Shown here in pieces: positions 25,578 to 39,815 of a stretch of 64,000 nucleotides of DNA. Every line of letters begins with the position of its first letter. The first letter of the stretch is position 1. The notes under the pieces are model-generated. The model was not told the DNA's origin, searched no databases, and worked only from the letters and a program-made list of their open reading frames with translations. Origin of the DNA: Camelus ferus. Its lineage: Eukaryota. The stretch spans positions 50,656,001 to 50,720,000 of the forward strand of contig NC_045707.1 in NCBI RefSeq assembly GCF_009834535.1, given 5' to 3'. The position numbers and the translations under genes are program-made.

Positions 25578-25690
25578 TAGGGTGAACAATAGTCCAGTAT
25601 TGCTTAAACAGAGGGGTTTCCCAGAGAAACATGGCGTTTTCATCACTGAAACCAGGACAGTCCTAGGAAACGGAAATGATTTGTCATCGG
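25578..25690. mobile_element. hAT-Blackjack MITE, MER81-like
   Basis: tagggtgaacaatagtccagtattgc...gaggggtttccc...actgaaaccaggacagtcctaggaaacgg...tgtcatc. Confidence 0.65.
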
Positions 25691-27949
25691 TGCACATAAA
25701 GCATGGTTTGCAAGACAATGGAGATTGCAATATATGACTAGAATAGCACTAATCATAATTTACACTTGCGTCATATTATTCAGAAAGAGAACTTGCAACT
25801 ACATTGTTTCCCTGTTCCTTCGCACTCCCTTGAGATGGAAAGGCAGGAGACAACTACCTCTCTGTTACAGATGAGGAACCTGAGACTCAGATTATTTAAC
25901 AGATTTCTCCAGAGTTGTCTAATAAATTAAGCCTAATAAATAAAGCCATGGCACTGGAAGCCATGCCTTTGGAAAGATGACTACTCCTATGCCTGACCCA
26001 GTGTATCACACTGTCTAACCACCTCACATAGGAATTAAACCTGTGACCTTGGCCTAACTAACTTTACATTCCTAGTAACTAAGTAATGGGACAAGTGGAT
26101 ATTAATAGTCAACAAACCAGATAAAGTTAAATATCATTTATGTAACAAGCACAATATTTGTGTATCAAGAGTGTTTTCTCTGAATTGGTATTTTCTCCAG
26201 GTCTTTGAAATATTTTTAGCTATATGTTTCTGACTTGTAGTGTAATGCTGTTGCAGTTGCTTTTAATTAATTGTTTCCCTGCCACTATTTCATTATATGT
26301 GTAACTTTGAAGCTGTTCTTCGGGTCTGTTCTTTGAAGCTCACTATCATTTTGTGACCTCTGTGTACACACAGAGCTTTGCTAATGTTGGGAATGTTTTC
26401 CTTTATTCATTGTTCAGCTGTGACAGATCCCCAAGAATCAACTGTAGGTAATTAGAAATATAAGAAAATATAACAATAACGAGAAAAAAAGTCAAAGGCA
26501 AAGACATAAATCTTAGGACAAGGATCTAAAAGGGTAGTTTTTAACCAGTTAGAGTATAATGAATGTAAGTAAAACAATTTTTAAAATGTAGATATTTTCT
26601 AAAAAAAATTTCCTTTGTGATTGTTAGAAAAATATTATTTAATATCTTCTGGATGAGGTAAGACTAGTCTGGCAAGAGAAACTAAAAGTCAAAAATAAAG
26701 ATCTATGTACTAGAAAGAGATGAAATATTAGAATGAGTCAATGATCTCTCGTCTTCATATTTAACCTCTGGCTCACTTGAAGAAGCTTCTTACAGTGAAC
26801 AGGAAACCCATTATAAATTAAACCAAAGCATATAGTGGGTACAGAGAAGGAAATCTTACATAAATAAATTGATTAGAGAAGATCTATGTCATTTTTTTCT
26901 TCTGATTTAGTTGGGAAAAGGAGAGACAGAAAGGCAGTCATTGATTTGGAACTCAGAAATTACATTACTGTTGATCTCAAATTTAAAAAGAAATCTCCTT
27001 TGATAATTACAACCTGGGAATAAGGAAAACAAAAAATTCTCTTTCAATGGTCAGCAGGATTGTAACTATTGCTGACAAGTGTTAATAAAGGTTTTCCAAC
27101 CAAGAACGAACCTCTGCCCTTGCCCACGTTTTCTGTTTTATGCAGACCTCAAGGAGCGATCCACATTTGGAAAGCAGATGGTGTAGAAAGAGCTTTTAAC
27201 TCCTATTCTAACCCTCCTGTTTGTCTAGGGCACTTTCTCTCCTTTCCTGAATGCTTACTTATTATTATTTCAAAGAAGTAAGTGTTCTTTAGCCTCCAAA
27301 ATGATCATTTTTCATACATGGATGAAAAGAAAACAGCAAGAATTCTCGTCATTAAGGCTATTTTATATCAAGGCTGAGAATAAAAATCAAAGAACCAAAG
27401 TCCTATTTGTAAGTGATTTTAATTTAACAATTTCTTCCCAACATTAAGCTTATAATTAATCAAAATCAAAAAGAAATAGACTATATTGAAAGAAAAACAG
27501 TTGGAAAAGTGTTGAATTGGGATAAAGGTCTAGATGTATTCAGATAAGGCCTGTTTAATAACACAGCATGTGAAAACCAGGGGAAACATTTAATGAGCCT
27601 GCACTCACGGTAGCATTTTGGTTCTTTAGTGAATAATAAGTTAGATTATGCAAGGAAAAAATTCATTAAAATAAAAGAAAAATAGCCTTTGTATAATTTG
27701 GAAAGATGACCGTTAAGTATGCAAAAACACAGCAGTAAAGAATTTAACTCTTCATGTAAAGCAAAAAAAACAATACTAACATTAGCCAAAATCAAACATA
27801 TGGTAGAAAGTATTGATGTAAGGTCATTTTTGATTGATAAAAGGCAACATCTAAACTGAAGGCATAACAGATTCATTATTATGGTGAATAATATAGCATC
27901 AAAATACTCAAGAAAAGTGCTACTTGACACAGAAAAGAGTAATAGATAT

Positions 27950-28950
27950 AAATACTATATATAGTACTATAGATTTTAGCAATCCATTGTCAGTCCATAA
28001 AAAGCAAATAAAAGACATAAATCAGAGCATAAAGAATAGCTGTTATTATTAATAAAACAGAATTAATAGTTACATTTTCAAACACTATGTTGTTTTAGCA
28101 AGAAAAAAATTCACTTGCAGTTCAAGTGTCAGTGGAACAACTGTAAACACCGATGCAATACCTGGTAGCAAAAAGTTACATGTTTTATAAAATAGAAATT
28201 TTACATAAATATGGCTATATGTTTTAATCAAATTGTTAAGAGACTTAAATGCTCAAAATCTTCTGTCAATAGATGGCTTTGAAAATAAAGACGAAAATGC
28301 TGCATATGAAATCTAAAATAAAATGAACTGTTGTTATAGTTAATTTCATGGCCTCAAATACTTTATTAATGAAGAAAGTAAATGAATAAATAGTACTTAC
28401 AAATAATTTATACCTTTAAATATTTATTATTTCAAAATAGAGGAAATAAATAAAAATGATATCCAATTTAAAAATTTTAAAGAAAATAAAAATACCCAAG
28501 GAAAGCAAGCAGAGTAAGTAATGTTAAACAAAAATTTTTAAAGAAAACAAAGGTATTTTTTAAAAAGCTGGTCTTTTGAGATAAAAGTAATAATACTGAC
28601 AAACTTCTCAGAAGTCTAGTGAATAAAAACAAATTTAAAAATAAGAATGGAAATATGGAAACCGCTGAAAAGAAAATTTTAAATGTATCAGAGAATACTG
28701 TCTACATATGCTTAAAAATAAATGTAAAATCTTAATGAAATGAATGCTTTTCTTGGGAAAAATAAACTATCAAAATTGACTAAGGAAGTCATATAAAGCC
28801 TGCTTAACTCACTCATACAGGAAAAAAAAACTAGAGAAGATTTAGCCACCAGCAGAACTTTGGAACCAGTGCTAATATTCATGAATTCTCTCACACTTTG
28901 AAGAAAGAGATAATTTCCATCTTACCTAATTCTTCTCAGAATATTACATA
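27950..28950 (+). mobile_element. Ancient degraded L1 ORF2 fragment
   Basis: A-rich; aaaagctggtcttttgag, actgacaaacttct, atgaaatgaatgcttttcttgggaaaaataaactatcaaaattgact are L1 ORF2-like. Confidence 0.65.
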
Positions 28951-30824
28951 GAGGAGACAGTCACCCGCTGAATGTGGAGCAGTTAGGACACAGGCCAAAG
29001 ACATCCGACAGTCCAGTGGGGTTTTTTTCCCCATTGTATAGCAACAGTATTTTTCACAGTGCAAAAAGCATAATTTCTACAAAAATGTTTATTTTTCTTT
29101 TTTAATCCCATTTTACTGCAGGGAATACAAAAGGTCAGTGAAACAAAGTAATTTTCCCCAGGTCACCAAGTGGAGGAATCTTGCCTATTTTAAAGTCCAT
29201 TTTCTTCCCACTTCCTTGCATGATGCATGAGCCCTGAATCATTAACCTGTGGCCAGCAGCCTAGACCCTGACAGTAATTCTACAGTTACACTTGCAACAG
29301 TCCATCCACCTTGTTTTCTACAACCACACTTAGCTCTCAAGCCTTAATTCTATTTGATAATACAAACTTGAATTCCTTCAAAACAAGGCAACTCAGTCAC
29401 TTCTGGTTTAGACTGGATTTCTTTGGGGAAACTACTCAATCACTTCAGGATTCTTCTCAGGACTTTTCCTCCTTCCCTTTTCTTTTTAACATGATGAAGC
29501 TCTGGAGGTTCTGGGGTGAGGGTGGGGGGCTTACACAGACTGGGTAGAGGCAGAGGGACACCTGGTCTGTGATAGCTTCTCTGCTGGTGGACATGGTTCC
29601 AGCTCCTCAAGTCTTCCACTGACTCAGTCAAGGCTGGAGAATTACCATCATCATCGCCCAGCTTTACCAACTTCTGCTCATCCTCTGCTACAAAATCCTC
29701 TCACACTGCATCTCTGGGACCTCCATCAGACATGCCAGCTCTCATCTTTAGGTTCCCTTCTGGCTCCACTCAGTGGATTTCTTCTTTACCATACAGATAA
29801 GGAGACTTGAGGGTCAGTCTTCAGCCTTCTTTCTCATGTGGCCTGCCCTGCCACTGTTCCTAGTCACCTGCTGATGTTCCACATTGCGATGAGCAACTAA
29901 AGAGTCCCTCCACCCCCACTACAGCTCTACACAAGATGCAGGACTTCTACCTCCTGGAGTTTTACTAGCGTTTGACTCTCAGAACAGGCTGACTAATGAG
30001 TAAATTCTCAGAAACCCAGTACACTGAGTACCAATACCTGCATGTTAAAAACTCCTTTCTCTAACCCTCTAAACAGGCCACAACTTCTACACTAGCCCAG
30101 AAAACATGATGGTGCCCAAGGTACAATTGGAACCTACCCCCAAGAACCCCAGAGAATTCTCAGATGTGGGACTGTCCACTTCAATAGACAATGTTTAGAA
30201 TAGACTAGAGGATGTTCGCGGGGTTCCAAGTCTCTAACCTTCATTCTCCAAACAAATCCACAATCTCAAATTTAGAAAAATAGACCCATTTTTTTCTTTT
30301 ATTCCCAGAGTATGTAATCATTGCTTCAGAAAACATAAGCAAAAGACTAGGTAAGGAAAGAAATAATTTAACCGAATTGGCAGCTTTCAAACATTCCTTT
30401 TGATCAACATAATAAAAAAAGTTTGCTTTTCACCTTCATAGTATAAATGCATGATGCTCATTCATGAAGGCAGCCAAGGATGTGCAGAAGATATAGACCC
30501 AGGAACTTTGCAATTTTAATAGTAAGAGAAATTTTTAGTGACAAGGAGTAAGGAATCATCCCTTGGCAAATTCATTTAGTTCAGGTATTGGAACAGTTTA
30601 TTTGGCATCTGAGCTAATCTACCTCTACAGTGAACAGAATACAATCCAGGCCAAAAAAAAAAAAAAAAAAAAATCTGCAGAGTTACTCTATTCACTTAAA
30701 ATTTTAATGGCAAATAGGCTAGTCAGAAAAGTGTATGCAACTGATTTAGTCACAGCACATAGAAAGGCTCTTTACACAGAACCTATGAACGACAAGAAGC
30801 TCCTAGAAACTTGGAAGTCATCTT

Positions 30825-31580
30825 AAAGTTCCTCCTTTCTCTCAGCCTCCTTAACCTATCATTTACCAAATATTGTCAGTTCTACTACTTTAATCCAGAG
30901 TCTCTATCCTCATTCTTCAATTTCGGCAGTCAATCACTTACTTTAAGATTTATCATTTTGTGACGTTCACCACAGTAGCTTCATACTTCCTTTTCCTACC
31001 TTCACCTCTAATTCAGTCTCCACACCTGCCAGATCTTTCTGATCTGATCTGTTAAAGTTCCTTTTGCAGCATCCTATTGCATTCAGAAGGAAAAGTCCAA
31101 GCAGCTAGGGCTAGCATCCCAAGTGCTCCACAGCCTCTCACCTGCTACTTCCCCTGCCTCACCTCTCCCTCTATCTCCTCATGTTATCCTGCTGGCTATA
31201 CCTGGGGCTCCCGGAAACTGTTGAGCCTTCTTTCACCTCCAGACTTTGAGCTTGCTTGCTGTCCCTCTTTCTAGAACTCTGTTTCCCCTACCTCCACCTA
31301 GTTAATTTCTACTCATCCTTCAATTTGCAGCTTCAGCAGCATTCCTTCTTCCAGCTCCCCTCCCATCCCCTGTCTGAATCAGAGTGCTGCTCCCCATGGG
31401 CTCCCAGAGGCCCCCATGGATATCTCCTCTGTTAAGCACCATGTTAACATTGTTTACTTTATTTCTCTTTCAGCAGTAAATTCACAGGACAATGAATGTG
31501 TCTTTGTCATCTTCATAAACCCAGAGCCTTGCACAATGCCAGGCCTAGTAGCCATTCAAAAAGTATTTGTTGACTGAGTC
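30825..31580 (+). mobile_element. L2 LINE 3' part
   Basis: Pyrimidine-rich L2 blocks ending cccagagccttgcacaatgccaggcctagtagccattcaaaaagtatttgttgactgagt. Confidence 0.75.
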
Positions 31581-33291
31581 ATTCAATACAGTTAGTTACT
31601 TGGTGGCTGTGTGATCTTGAGCAACGTACCTAAATGTTTCAGTTTCTTCATCTATAAATTTGGTATAGTACTACACTTATCTCCTAGGATATGTAAAAAA
31701 AAAACTGAGATCATAAAACAAAGTTCTTTGCTCAAGAAATGTTGTCTGAAAGATTTATGTTTCTATTCTCATTCTTTTATTGGAGGAGTGACCTATTTTT
31801 ACTGCAATACCTACAGCAAATTTAGTGATCTTCCCAAACTTCATCCTTCCTATCTATTAAGAATCTAATGTTAGTGCTTCCCAATGATTAAATGACATAT
31901 ATGTACATAAATGATGTAACAGACCTTTGTGCACAGTTGACACCTAATAAAAGTTTCTTTGATTACTATTACTATTAATGTTTGGTCTAATAATACTTAT
32001 TATTAATGTCATAGGTTATAAACAAAGCTATGACTATGATTCTAGGAATCAGTTTTACAAAGAAGGTTCAGGACTTTCATTAGACTTAAAAAACAACATA
32101 AGTAATAAAAACAAAGCAATTATTTTTATACCATCTAGGATTTATTTGAAATTAATAACAATAAATTATTCTCAAGATTTGTATCAGATTTCTTCCTAGA
32201 ATTAAAAGGTCTGTGATGATGGGGCATAATAATAGTTAGCAATGTACATATCTAGGGCAATATATTTTGACATTCTGCAACTACTTTGGAATATTAAGCA
32301 TCAAGGGAAGCAGAAATAGCACAGAGAAAAAGAAAAAGAAATTAAGAATGACTTCAGAGAAAGCAAAGGAAACATGATTTTCATTTGACCTACATCTATA
32401 AAAAGTTCTGTAACATAGAAATAATGAGGACATGTTGGACACATTGAATGTCTAATGCTGAAATACAACTTTTGCTATAGATAAGGAAAATTACTAGCTT
32501 TTGTAAAAACCCTTAATTTGTTGACTATACTAAAGACCAATAACGTCTCTTGCAAAAGCAAACATTAAAGACTTGGTTATTCAAAAAGAAAGTTTGTCTA
32601 AAATTGCTGCTTATGATCAGTTTTAACAAAGGACAAGTCTTTTAACTGCCATAGCCAGTCTGAGGATTCATTATTTCCTATTTATTTACCATTACAGATA
32701 AAGTTGGCATTGCATCAAATGTAGACAGCTTGGTGCCTGCCTTAAGGGTAGAGAAAATTTCAAAATGGGAAGAAGACACAGACTTAATAAGTACATTATA
32801 TTTATCTTTGACTTCGGTTATATTTGGCAGCTTCTCAGTACAAAGGACATGTCCTCTGTAGTATCAACTAAAACACCCCCAGAAAGGTTAGTAATGTTAT
32901 TTTCAAAAGAAATTAAACAAGCTGTGCTGATAAAGCTGCTTTCATTGTTCTCCATTTACCTAAGTAGCTTAAAACCTTTTTTGGAAGAAGCCAGAGAATG
33001 AAATATAAACATTTTCCTTAAGCAAAGTACATTCTTTTCAGAGCAGCACTGGTTATATTGGGATCCAAATTATCTAGAAATTTTGAGGTGCTGAGATCAT
33101 GGTGAGAGGGCCAGTGCAGATGTATGTTAAATATTTCTTTTTGTGACAAGATTGGAGAGCCAAAAATGGTAAACCATTGGCAGAAGCCTTGGTTTGAAAC
33201 CAAAACACCCCTGTCATAGTGAATGAGCCTCTAGTTAGTTCTACGATCAGAACTGCAGAAGAACTGGCCATTCCATAAACACAATCAGAAG

Positions 33292-33293
<2 letters not shown>

Positions 33294-33354
<61 letters not shown>

Positions 33355-33363
33355 TGTGTGTGT
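33294..33363. repeat. (TG)n microsatellite, ~35 units with one interruption
   Basis: Read directly; explains the CVCVCV/THTHTH ORFs. Confidence 0.98.
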
Positions 33364-34044
33364 TGGGGGCAGAGGGAACAGGGAGGAAAGGACCTGGAAA
33401 ATAAACAGAACATGGAATTCAGTATAAAAACAAATCCTGGACAAGAGAAATGTAAGAGCACTGAAGAAAATATGAACAAAATGGTTGGTTCCCATCCCCA
33501 AATAGGTCTTCATGTAATTGCTCAAATCTAGGAACATATCTTTTTTTTTTTTTACATTAGCATCTTACAATGAGTTTCTTAGTTAGTTTGTACAAAAACT
33601 TTATCATTGGGCAACCTTTTGCAAGCTTCTTGATTATTTTATATATCTAAATACAGTCCTTTATTTTTGAAAATATACTACTATCAATAAAATTTTGATT
33701 CTACAATAGGTAAGTGTGAGGCTCAGAAAGCAAATTGTTTTAGTAAATAAGTATTTCTGCCTCCTGACAGAGGCAGGAGTTTTGGTTTAAAAAATTGCTT
33801 TTACCTCTCGTTAGCATTTCACTTTTCATCTGCTAGTGTTATATCCTTGCAAATCCTTGAATTTGATTTTCCTGTTTCCTTCATAGACCCAACCCAGTGT
33901 CTTGTAAGTAGACAATAACAGATTTGATTTCATTGGAAACAACATCAGGATGGAAATTAAAAATAAATAATGGTTTCATTTTAAAGGTAACATGGATCAT
34001 CTGGACAGAAAATAAGAAATGGTCCTAGAAACAGACAACTAATA

Positions 34045-36600
34045 ATCTATCCACTCATATACTCATTCAAAAATATCGGAATGACTTCCTTGTGCTAGGT
34101 ACTGTTCTAGGCTTTTGGGACATGCTGGTGTACAAAACAGACAAAAATACTTGCCCTTGATACATAATATATATGTCAGAAAGTGATAAATGTTATGGAG
34201 AAAAATAATGGGTAAAGGGAGTGTCAGGGGCAGAAATGTGGGGAGAACTGGCTGGATTTTTAACAGGGGGTCAAGGAAGGCCTCACTCAGAAGGTGATAT
34301 TTGAACAAGACATGATGGAGATGGGGAGTGAGCCAGGAGATTATCTGGGAGAAGAATGTTCCAAGCAGGGGCAAGAAGTCCAAAAGGCCTTGAGGTTGAA
34401 ATATGTTGTGTGCTCAAAAACCAGCAAGGCAGACTCTGTGGGCTGAACATTGTAAGTGACCAGAGTGTTGAAAGAGATGAACTCAGAGAGATAGGAAGCT
34501 TGGGGAGAGGTGCAAATTGTATAAGGCCTTACAGGCCATGCAAGGATTATTTTTATTTGGAGAAGGGGAGTGGATAGTAAGATGTAAGCTTAGAAAATCT
34601 TAACAAGAGAAGTGCCATGATCTGACTTAGAGTCTATTTTTTCACTTTAGGATCATTCTGTTTGCTTTATTGAAACTACATTATAAAAGTGTAAGGGAAG
34701 CCAGTCAGGAGGAATGTCAACATTCCAGAAAAGAAATGATGGTGGTTGGGACTAGATTGATCACAGTAAATGTAGTGAGAAGTGATAGGATTATGATTAT
34801 ATCTTGAAGTTAAGGTCAACAAGATTTGATAATGTAAAACACAAAAATAAGACAGAATTTATGGATGGCTAAAGGTATTAAGAATACCATCTAAAACTTG
34901 GAAATAAGACAAAGGGATGACTGTGTGTTCTTTTATATTAGATTGTTGCCTTTACTTGCAAACTTTCATGCAAATAGAGATGCAAATATTTTCTGCCCAG
35001 TAGAGAGGATAACCTCAACAATTTTATTGTCCTGAGACTAACCACTTTGGTTGACTGACTATACAACATCTGTTTCTCCTTCGAATCAGCTTTATCTCTT
35101 TCAAGACTTTGATTTTTTTGAATCAGCTTTACCACACCGTTGATCCCCTTACATATGAGCTGATAAATTTTTGGCACTTTCTCACTATATTTGTATGAGA
35201 ATTGTGTTTTTCTCTTAAAAAAATATTGTATTTTGACAAAGGTTCTGGGTGTGAGCAGTTGGAAGAATAAAGCTACCATTTACTGAAGTAGGGGAGACTG
35301 TTGGAGGTACAAAGTTTAGGGAAAAGACTGGTATCAACTTCAGATAGGTGACATTTAAGGTGCCTATTAGGTATTCAAGTGGAGATGCTGAGTAGGAAGT
35401 TGGATGGAAGAGTTCAAATAAGGGAAGAGAGCTGTATTCAAGATACGAAATTGGGAGCTGTCAGTGTTACACATGGCCTTAAAAGTCATGAGACTAGATG
35501 AGCTCATTAAAGGAGTCTAGCTAGAAAAAAAAAATTCTAAAGATTGAGTCCTGAGAACTGCCAACATTAAAATTCAGAGAAATAGGACGAATGAGAAAAA
35601 AAATGTCTAGAAAATCCAGGGGTTTATGCCATCCTGGAAGCTAACTGAAGAAGTTTCAAATAGGATATAGGAATCTACTCAGTCAAGGCAGCTAAGTACT
35701 CATGCTAGATAAAGACTGAGAATTGGCCACTGAATTTAGAAACAGACATGTCCTTGGTGGTCCTTAATCAAAGCACTTTTGATGGAGTTGTGGGGCTAAG
35801 AGTCTAATTGGAAAGAGTTCAAAAGAGAATGAAGGTAAAGCAACTGAAGAGAGTGAATATTGATTCTTTGGAGAACTTTTGATACATAGGAAAGGAAACT
35901 GAGCTTGAGGGGCATACGAGGAGTTTGAGGGATATTTTTTAAGATGAGAAAATTTCCTCTTCATTTGTATGCTTATATGAGTGATCAAGTTGATAGGAAA
36001 AAAAAATGGATAGTTCCAGAAAAAGAGGGAAGAATGGTTGGAACAAAGTTCTTGAGTAGGTGGGAAGGGTGAGGGCCTAGTGCACAAGTTAAAGGTGGCC
36101 ATATCTCTTAGTAGTGACTGTTCATCCACAGGAAGAGGAGGAAAGGCAGAGGATGTGGGCAAAGATCCAGGCCCAGCTTCACGGCTACAGAGGTAAACTA
36201 AGACTAGTCAGCATGACTGTGTGCTTTTCTTCAGTCATACTCTGCTGTGAGGTTACAAGCAGAGGGGAGACTAAAAGTTTCTTGAACAGCAGTTGGCATT
36301 TTTTTAGGTGCTTGTGATGGAGTAAGAGAGGCTCAAAGGACTTGAGGATGTACAAAGAAGTGATTATAATCATGAGTCATAGAATTAAGCTCGAGAAGAA
36401 GAGTATAATGTACAAGAAGGAGTGATGAATAGTGAAAAAGCGGATCATAGGAGCTGATAAAATTAATGCTGATGTTAGAGAACTCTAGAAGTGAGTTATA
36501 AAATCAGAGAACTCTAGGGAGGTGGGATTGGAAGGTAAAATTCTGGCAATTCAAACTACAGATGGTTAGTTATAAAGTCTAGATTATGACTATGAAATTT
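34045..36600 (-). mobile_element. Long L2 (L2a-like) remnant with internal insert at ~34877-35237
   Basis: cattcaaaaatat...tgtgctaggtactgttctagg; gaaggcctcactcagaaggtgatatttgaacaag; gtgcctattaggtattcaagtggagatgctgagtagg. Confidence 0.85.
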
Positions 36601-39020
36601 AGTGGCTCAAACAGGGTGGAGATTCAGGGTCGGGACCATGAAAAGGGAAGAAGCAGAGACAGAACATACTCAACAGTGAACAGGTACATGGCACTGACTC
36701 TTGAGAAGTTACCCAGCTATTAAGTAGTGTGGTGGAGAGAGGAACCCAGCACGTCTGGGTGTAGGGACTGTGCTCTTAGACAATACCTTATAATGTCATG
36801 CAATTGCTCAGTTGTTTGTATAAGTTGCATTGCTTTTAACAGCCTTAAGTTAGAGAAATAGGAAGAATTGTAGAAATATTTATTTTGTATACTACAGTGG
36901 ATGGCCTTCTAAATAACCCTTTAAAATACTGTCTTTTCTACTCTCTAAAATGGCATTTCCTAAATAAACAATAACTCAACTTTTGGTCCTTTCCACCAAG
37001 AACACAAACAGAAAGCAAAGTAGGTAGTACAGAAAGCTAGGCAACAGTAAAACCAGTGGCTGATATGTCAGAAGAGGAATATAAAATGAATCAATCAGTG
37101 GATGCAGAGAGAAGGAAAAAATGTTAAAGAAGTATAAAAGAAGGGGGAAAAAGAGTATGTTCAAGAGAATGAGAAATTAAACTTATAAGGCTTTGCATAA
37201 TGATGAGAAAAGCCTACTTATAGTAGTAACAATGAGTAACCTATGGAAAGAATTACTTGAGAATTTATACTACAAAGGAACAAAACAAGATGACTGATGA
37301 AATAATAAAAACAAGGTGCACTAGTCACTTCTGGTTAATAAGCCACAACAGATATCTTGGGACGGGAGATGATCTGGGGTGTTTAAAATTACTCACATTG
37401 ATGTCATGTGCACACACACACACACAAAAAATCCCACAACCTATTTGCAATTTATTTTGTAGAGTTTAATTTAACTACTTAATGCATTTATTACTTTATT
37501 CATGACTTCCACATCATAACTCACAAATAATGGGTTTTTTTGTTTAAAACTTAAATATTACTTATATCAGTAATGCTTGAATCCAACTGACCCTAGGAAA
37601 CATGAAAGAGTAAATAGAGTGTTCAGGCAGCGATAAAGGATCTCAAGTTGGTTCTGCTAACATCTTTCTGCAAGATGGGATTATAGATTTAATATTTGAG
37701 TATGTTTGGTTAGACAATCACACCTCTCTTGATATAAACCATTCAAGAGCTTGGCTCAACTTTTTCTTTTCAATAGAGCATTAAAAAGATAGTAATCTCC
37801 ACTAGATTATTGTCATGTAAATTTCTCACTGTAATGGCAGAAGAGGTAGAAAAATGTAATAAAAACAAATAAGAAAGGCTTTAATTTATATTGAATCTGC
37901 CTGTGAAGTATCAAGTAATCTCTTGAAGACTTGTCTAAACCCTCAGTATATAAAGGCAAATCATCTGTTGCTTTTTCATGATTTTAAAGGAAAAACAGGC
38001 TGAGAACAAATGTTAATTGCACAGTGCTAGTTTTATAATAAAGACAAAAAGACTTAAGATTGGAATGGTGTTATTTAAACCATTCAATTAAGAAATGATC
38101 TTGAGCTGTCCTTATTACAGCAAACATGATTGAACATATACACATTTACTCTGTTCATTTAACTGGCAGGAAACATTGTTCCCTAATTCCAGTTTACACA
38201 TTCCTCATCATTTTCATAATAGCACTGAGAAAAACCAAACAGTACATTTCTAGGGGATTATAGCACTTCTCAGATAGTCCTAATCACTTGAAGAGCATTA
38301 CTAGGTGCGAGGCTTAAGTCCAAAATATGCTAATTATGCACAAAGGCACCATCTATCTTTAAGTAAGGCATCTGAACAAGACAGAACAGCATTTCCACAT
38401 ATGTCCTATCTTATAAGGATTTCAAGGATTTATAGTTATCAAATAACTTGAAATTTTAGAAAGTATTTTTGGTCACTTGTAGAAAAGGCTATAGTCAAAT
38501 TATAGTTTGATGACAATAGTACTAGAAAATTTTGAACTACCGCTTTACCTGCAAAAATGTAGTCCTACTGTTTACTTTTATATATAAAATTTTTCATTTT
38601 GGATGAGTTAAGGTTCCAGTCCCTTAATTCCCTGCACCCTCCACACACATAAACATCCCATCACCCATTTGCCCATCTGATATAATGTGCCTGCTATGAA
38701 AGTTTGGCTGGACTGTACCTTATCTGTAAATTCCTTAAACCTTGATGAGTATGTGAGAATTTCTTTCTCCTGGAGACAATAATCTCTGCAAGTCAGTTTC
38801 ATTTCAGGAACAACTAAGACTCTTGGTCTATTTCACAGGCCTTAGAGAATGTGTCTAAGGACTATGTTTGCCTCTTGAATATAAAGCATCTCAGGATTTC
38901 CTAACAGAAAATGCTTGCTACTGACCTTATTTATGTTTGTCAACTGTTTTAGATGCTCCAAATTGCTTCGTGTCCATTATTTCTCAATTAACTTTGAGAA
39001 AGGGGAACGTGACTACGACT

Positions 39021-39815
39021 GTCAGTTGGGTTCTCTTTGTTGAGGTACTGGTTTTGAATAATATCTCAGGGGTTTCTTTACTTGATACTCAGAACTCTCA
39101 CAGTTAAAAGTGAGAGATGAGGCACCAATGTATGTTTAAACAGCAGCAGCAAAGAGTGTGTAGAGTGACAAGGGAGTCAGTTGGCTTACAGAACCTGAGC
39201 ATGAGCTTCAGACGTGACTAGCTACAACAGAATCTAAATGATATCATCAACGCTCAGTTTCTCTTGATCTCTGAACTCCGCTTTCATCCCATGTCCTCCC
39301 CATTCTTAGATCGTTTCAGGTCTCACAATGGCAAAATGATTGCCAGGAGCCCCGAGTGTACCGTATTTCATGGAACCTACATTGTCACTGATTGTAAAGG
39401 AAAACGTTACTTTATGTGCCAGTAAGAAAGGAAAAATGTTCACCCTTAAGTAACACAATTGTTTCTTATGACACAGATTGTAAAAGGCACCCCAATCTCA
39501 GAGATGTTAAAATGTGAGTGAAAATAGGGCATCCTAGGTTCAATGAAATATGGTAGGCCATTTTCTCAGCAACCCCAAGGTCATAATAGAGTTTACAACA
39601 CTTATCAGGTATGGCTGGACTTAAATAAGATCATGCCTATCTCTGAACAAATTAGAGTGACTGGCCAGAAAAAATAGTATATGCTAATCAGTTTCACTCA
39701 AGCCTCTTGGGGCAGTAGTGAGGAAAGGGTGGTTTACATGAGGAAAAGATAATATCTCTTCCAGAAGAAGATACAAATTCTGGAAAGACAAAATATAATA
39801 ATAAATGTCCAGTAC
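39021..39815 (-). mobile_element. Old MaLR LTR (MLT1J/K-like), interrupted by MER53
   Basis: tgtcagttgggttctctttgttg start; ggcaaaatgattgccaggagccc; gatcatgcctatctctgaacaaatt. Confidence 0.6.
39359..39555. mobile_element. MER53-like DNA transposon MITE
   Basis: Terminal inverted repeats taccgtatttcatggaa / ttcaatgaaatatggta; ~197 bp; internal tcagagatgttaaaatgtg. Confidence 0.8.

Noticed and set aside
26000..26085. Possible ancient tRNA-derived SINE head (MamSINE1-like) on the minus strand
   Set aside because: Too degenerate to call by eye.
33247..33537. His/Thr- and Cys/Val-repeat ORFs
   Set aside because: Translations of the (TG)n microsatellite.
35764..36162. 132-aa ORF (also 34063-34383)
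   Set aside because: Lies within degraded L2 sequence; chance open frames.
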